A stretch of 25,398 bases of DNA from a virus (taxonomy: Duplodnaviria > Caudoviricetes): the IMG/VR virus record IMGVR_UViG_3300014208_000122, positions 1 through 25,398 of that record. The stretch is one strand, 5' to 3'. A model generated the notes under the pieces. The model was not told where the DNA came from, made no database searches, and saw nothing but the letters and a program-made list of their open reading frames with translations. The position numbers and the translations under genes were made by a program. This document shows positions 23,907 to 25,398 of the stretch, piece after piece (positions within the stretch are counted from its first letter, which is position 1; each line of letters opens with the position of its first letter).

Positions 23907-25398
23907 AAACATTTACAGCGTATTTACCCCTGCAGGAAAATTCGAGGCCGTTTTTGGCGAAGAATATACGCCGGTTGAATATCGCGGCGATGACGCTGCA
24001 ATCCAGTTCTTTAAAGATTTTATCGAATTGAACATGATTAGCGGTGAACATGGTCATAGAATCAGCTATAATACGCTGGAACCCGACGAGCTTTACGGCT
24101 TTTGTCAACCTAACGGATCAGGAATAACAGTCATACCACCTTTTGACGATATGCTTGCCAATGCGCGGGAAGAAATAATGGAACAGGAACAACTCAACGA
24201 CTCTGCGCTTGATAGCGCAATACAACAGGTACTAGACAACGTGAACGTAACAGGCATAGAAAAGATTAAACTGGCTAAGGAATTAAACGCTATTCGTGGC
24301 TTGATTAAAGCAGGAACCATGAGCGGCTTGGACAAGCTTAAAAGCGTTAAGCGGCTGAATGAGATTAGGGTTATTTTTGGTGGTAATGCAAAACAGGTTG
24401 AATTTGACCCTACATCAGCGGAAGGCTATGCTAAGGTTATGGCGTCTATAGAGTTGCAAGAATATTGGCAAGATGTTTTAGATTCATTTTTCCAGGGTCG
24501 TATTGTTGATGTTCGTAATGCTTTGCGTGATCTTGGGTGGATTGGCCGTAATCCTAATGAGGCTCGTCTTTACAAGGATTTTAATAGTAATGATGCTGAA
24601 GCACAGTTTTTATTCAAACAAGTTGGTGCTGGTGCAAATGTTGTTGGCTATTCGGTCAATGAAATAGCAGATGATTTGACTAAAACTCCAGAACAGTTTG
24701 CGTTAGAAATAGATAGCTCAGCACAACATGAGGTCGAGATAGAACCAGAACCAATACTTGAACAAGGTACAGAACCCGAAGTAATAAATCCAGAACCTAT
24801 AGCGATTGACCCAATTATTGAGCCTGACCCCGTCATTGAACCTACACCCGTTTCAAGAAATCCAGAACTTGACAAGCAAATGGCAAAGCTGGCAAATCTT
24901 ACCCGTCTGCAAGAGCAGATGAAGGCCGCTAACAAGATACTTAAAAGTGCAAAGTTAAGCGATGAGCAAAAGCAATCCGCATTGTCTGAATTGGGTTATG
25001 ATGTAGGTGAAATAAATAAACTAATGCGGCCCGACTTTGCCGGTCGCATAGGCTACTCTTACCATTTAACCAATAACAACGCCGTTATCAAGAACACACA
25101 AGGGCGCATTAGGCAATTACAGGCACAGGAAGTATCTGCCATGAAAGCCGAAAGCGGGGATCGTGAAACCATCTATGACTTTGATGGTGGCAATATTGAG
25201 TTAAGCTATGCAGATGACCGGCTGAGAGTAAACTTTGATAAAAAACCGGCTGCGGATATGATTGCAAAACTTAAACAAAGAGGCTTCAAGTGGTCGCCTA
25301 CTAACACGGCATGGCAACGGCAATTAACTGATAATGCTATTTTAGCGGCCAACTCTTTGTTTGGAACCAAGATACAGACGGCGGCTGCAGCTATGAGA
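23899..25398 (+). CDS. Partial (3'-truncated, at least 500 aa) polyvalent virion protein with a DdrA-like hairpin, a repeat domain and a DUF3560-associated domain
   Basis: Open from ATG 23899 (8-nt overlap with the upstream gene) to the window end; missing from the ORF track. Contains EQMKAANKILK...PDFAGRIGY..LTNNNA.IK and DDRLRVNFDKKP...LKQRGFKWSP...AWQRQLT. Confidence 0.8.
   Translation, partial: MNENIYSVFTPAGKFEAVFGEEYTPVEYRGDDAAIQFFKDFIELNMISGEHGHRISYNTLEPDELYGFCQPNGSGITVIPPFDDMLANAREEIMEQEQLNDSALDSAIQQVLDNVNVTGIEKIKLAKELNAIRGLIKAGTMSGLDKLKSVKRLNEIRVIFGGNAKQVEFDPTSAEGYAKVMASIELQEYWQDVLDSFFQGRIVDVRNALRDLGWIGRNPNEARLYKDFNSNDAEAQFLFKQVGAGANVVGYSVNEIADDLTKTPEQFALEIDSSAQHEVEIEPEPILEQGTEPEVINPEPIAIDPIIEPDPVIEPTPVSRNPELDKQMAKLANLTRLQEQMKAANKILKSAKLSDEQKQSALSELGYDVGEINKLMRPDFAGRIGYSYHLTNNNAVIKNTQGRIRQLQAQEVSAMKAESGDRETIYDFDGGNIELSYADDRLRVNFDKKPAADMIAKLKQRGFKWSPTNTAWQRQLTDNAILAANSLFGTKIQTAAAAMR

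Noticed and set aside
20820-24852. GAACC/GAGCC-rich repeats as a possible CRISPR array, DGR repeat pair or VNTR
   Set aside because: They are degenerate codons for Glu/Pro/Ile linkers, with no constant repeat-spacer period, no adenine-specific variant pair and no reverse transcriptase in the window.
1342-24935. Many short minus-strand and alternate-frame ORFs in the track (for example 1793..2161, 10925..11503, 18383..18841, 19948..20400)
   Set aside because: They are shadows of well-supported + strand genes, with no RBS or recognisable motifs. Only 9293..10123, 13723..13923 and the 12370/12484 frame are credible.

Overview
This window is the late (virion morphogenesis) region of a large contractile-tailed phage or phage-plasmid of the P1-like type. 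Almost all genes are on the + strand. From left to right: the 3' end of a structural gene, a secreted beta-propeller-like accessory gene, a tail-collar/fibre-anchor gene, a putative head-appendage operon with an SGNH-esterase fibre, major capsid, decoration protein, tail sheath, an antisense GIY-YIG/NUMOD3 homing endonuclease, prohead core and tail/baseplate genes, a lysis cassette (two membrane proteins, Rz/Rz1-type spanins, a second GIY-YIG endonuclease, GH19 endolysin), tube/hub/spike genes, and a P1 Dar-like (hdf, darA) cluster expanded into large polyvalent proteins that runs off the right edge. Four observations stand out. (1) A GGAAAA-N27/28-(-10) motif recurs in seven intergenic gaps and looks like an activator-dependent late promoter; one copy predicts a leaderless darA mRNA. 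(2) The capsid 5' leader can fold to mask its RBS. (3) The Dar-like proteins look like modular virion cargo, with shared putative targeting hairpins, a repeated ~70-aa domain and [L/F/M]D[S/A/G/N] putative maturation-protease sites. (4) A paralog of the capsid decoration protein heads a putative enzyme-display operon. Family assignments come from motif recognition by eye; no database searches were run. The host cannot be determined. No tRNA, rRNA or CRISPR array was seen.
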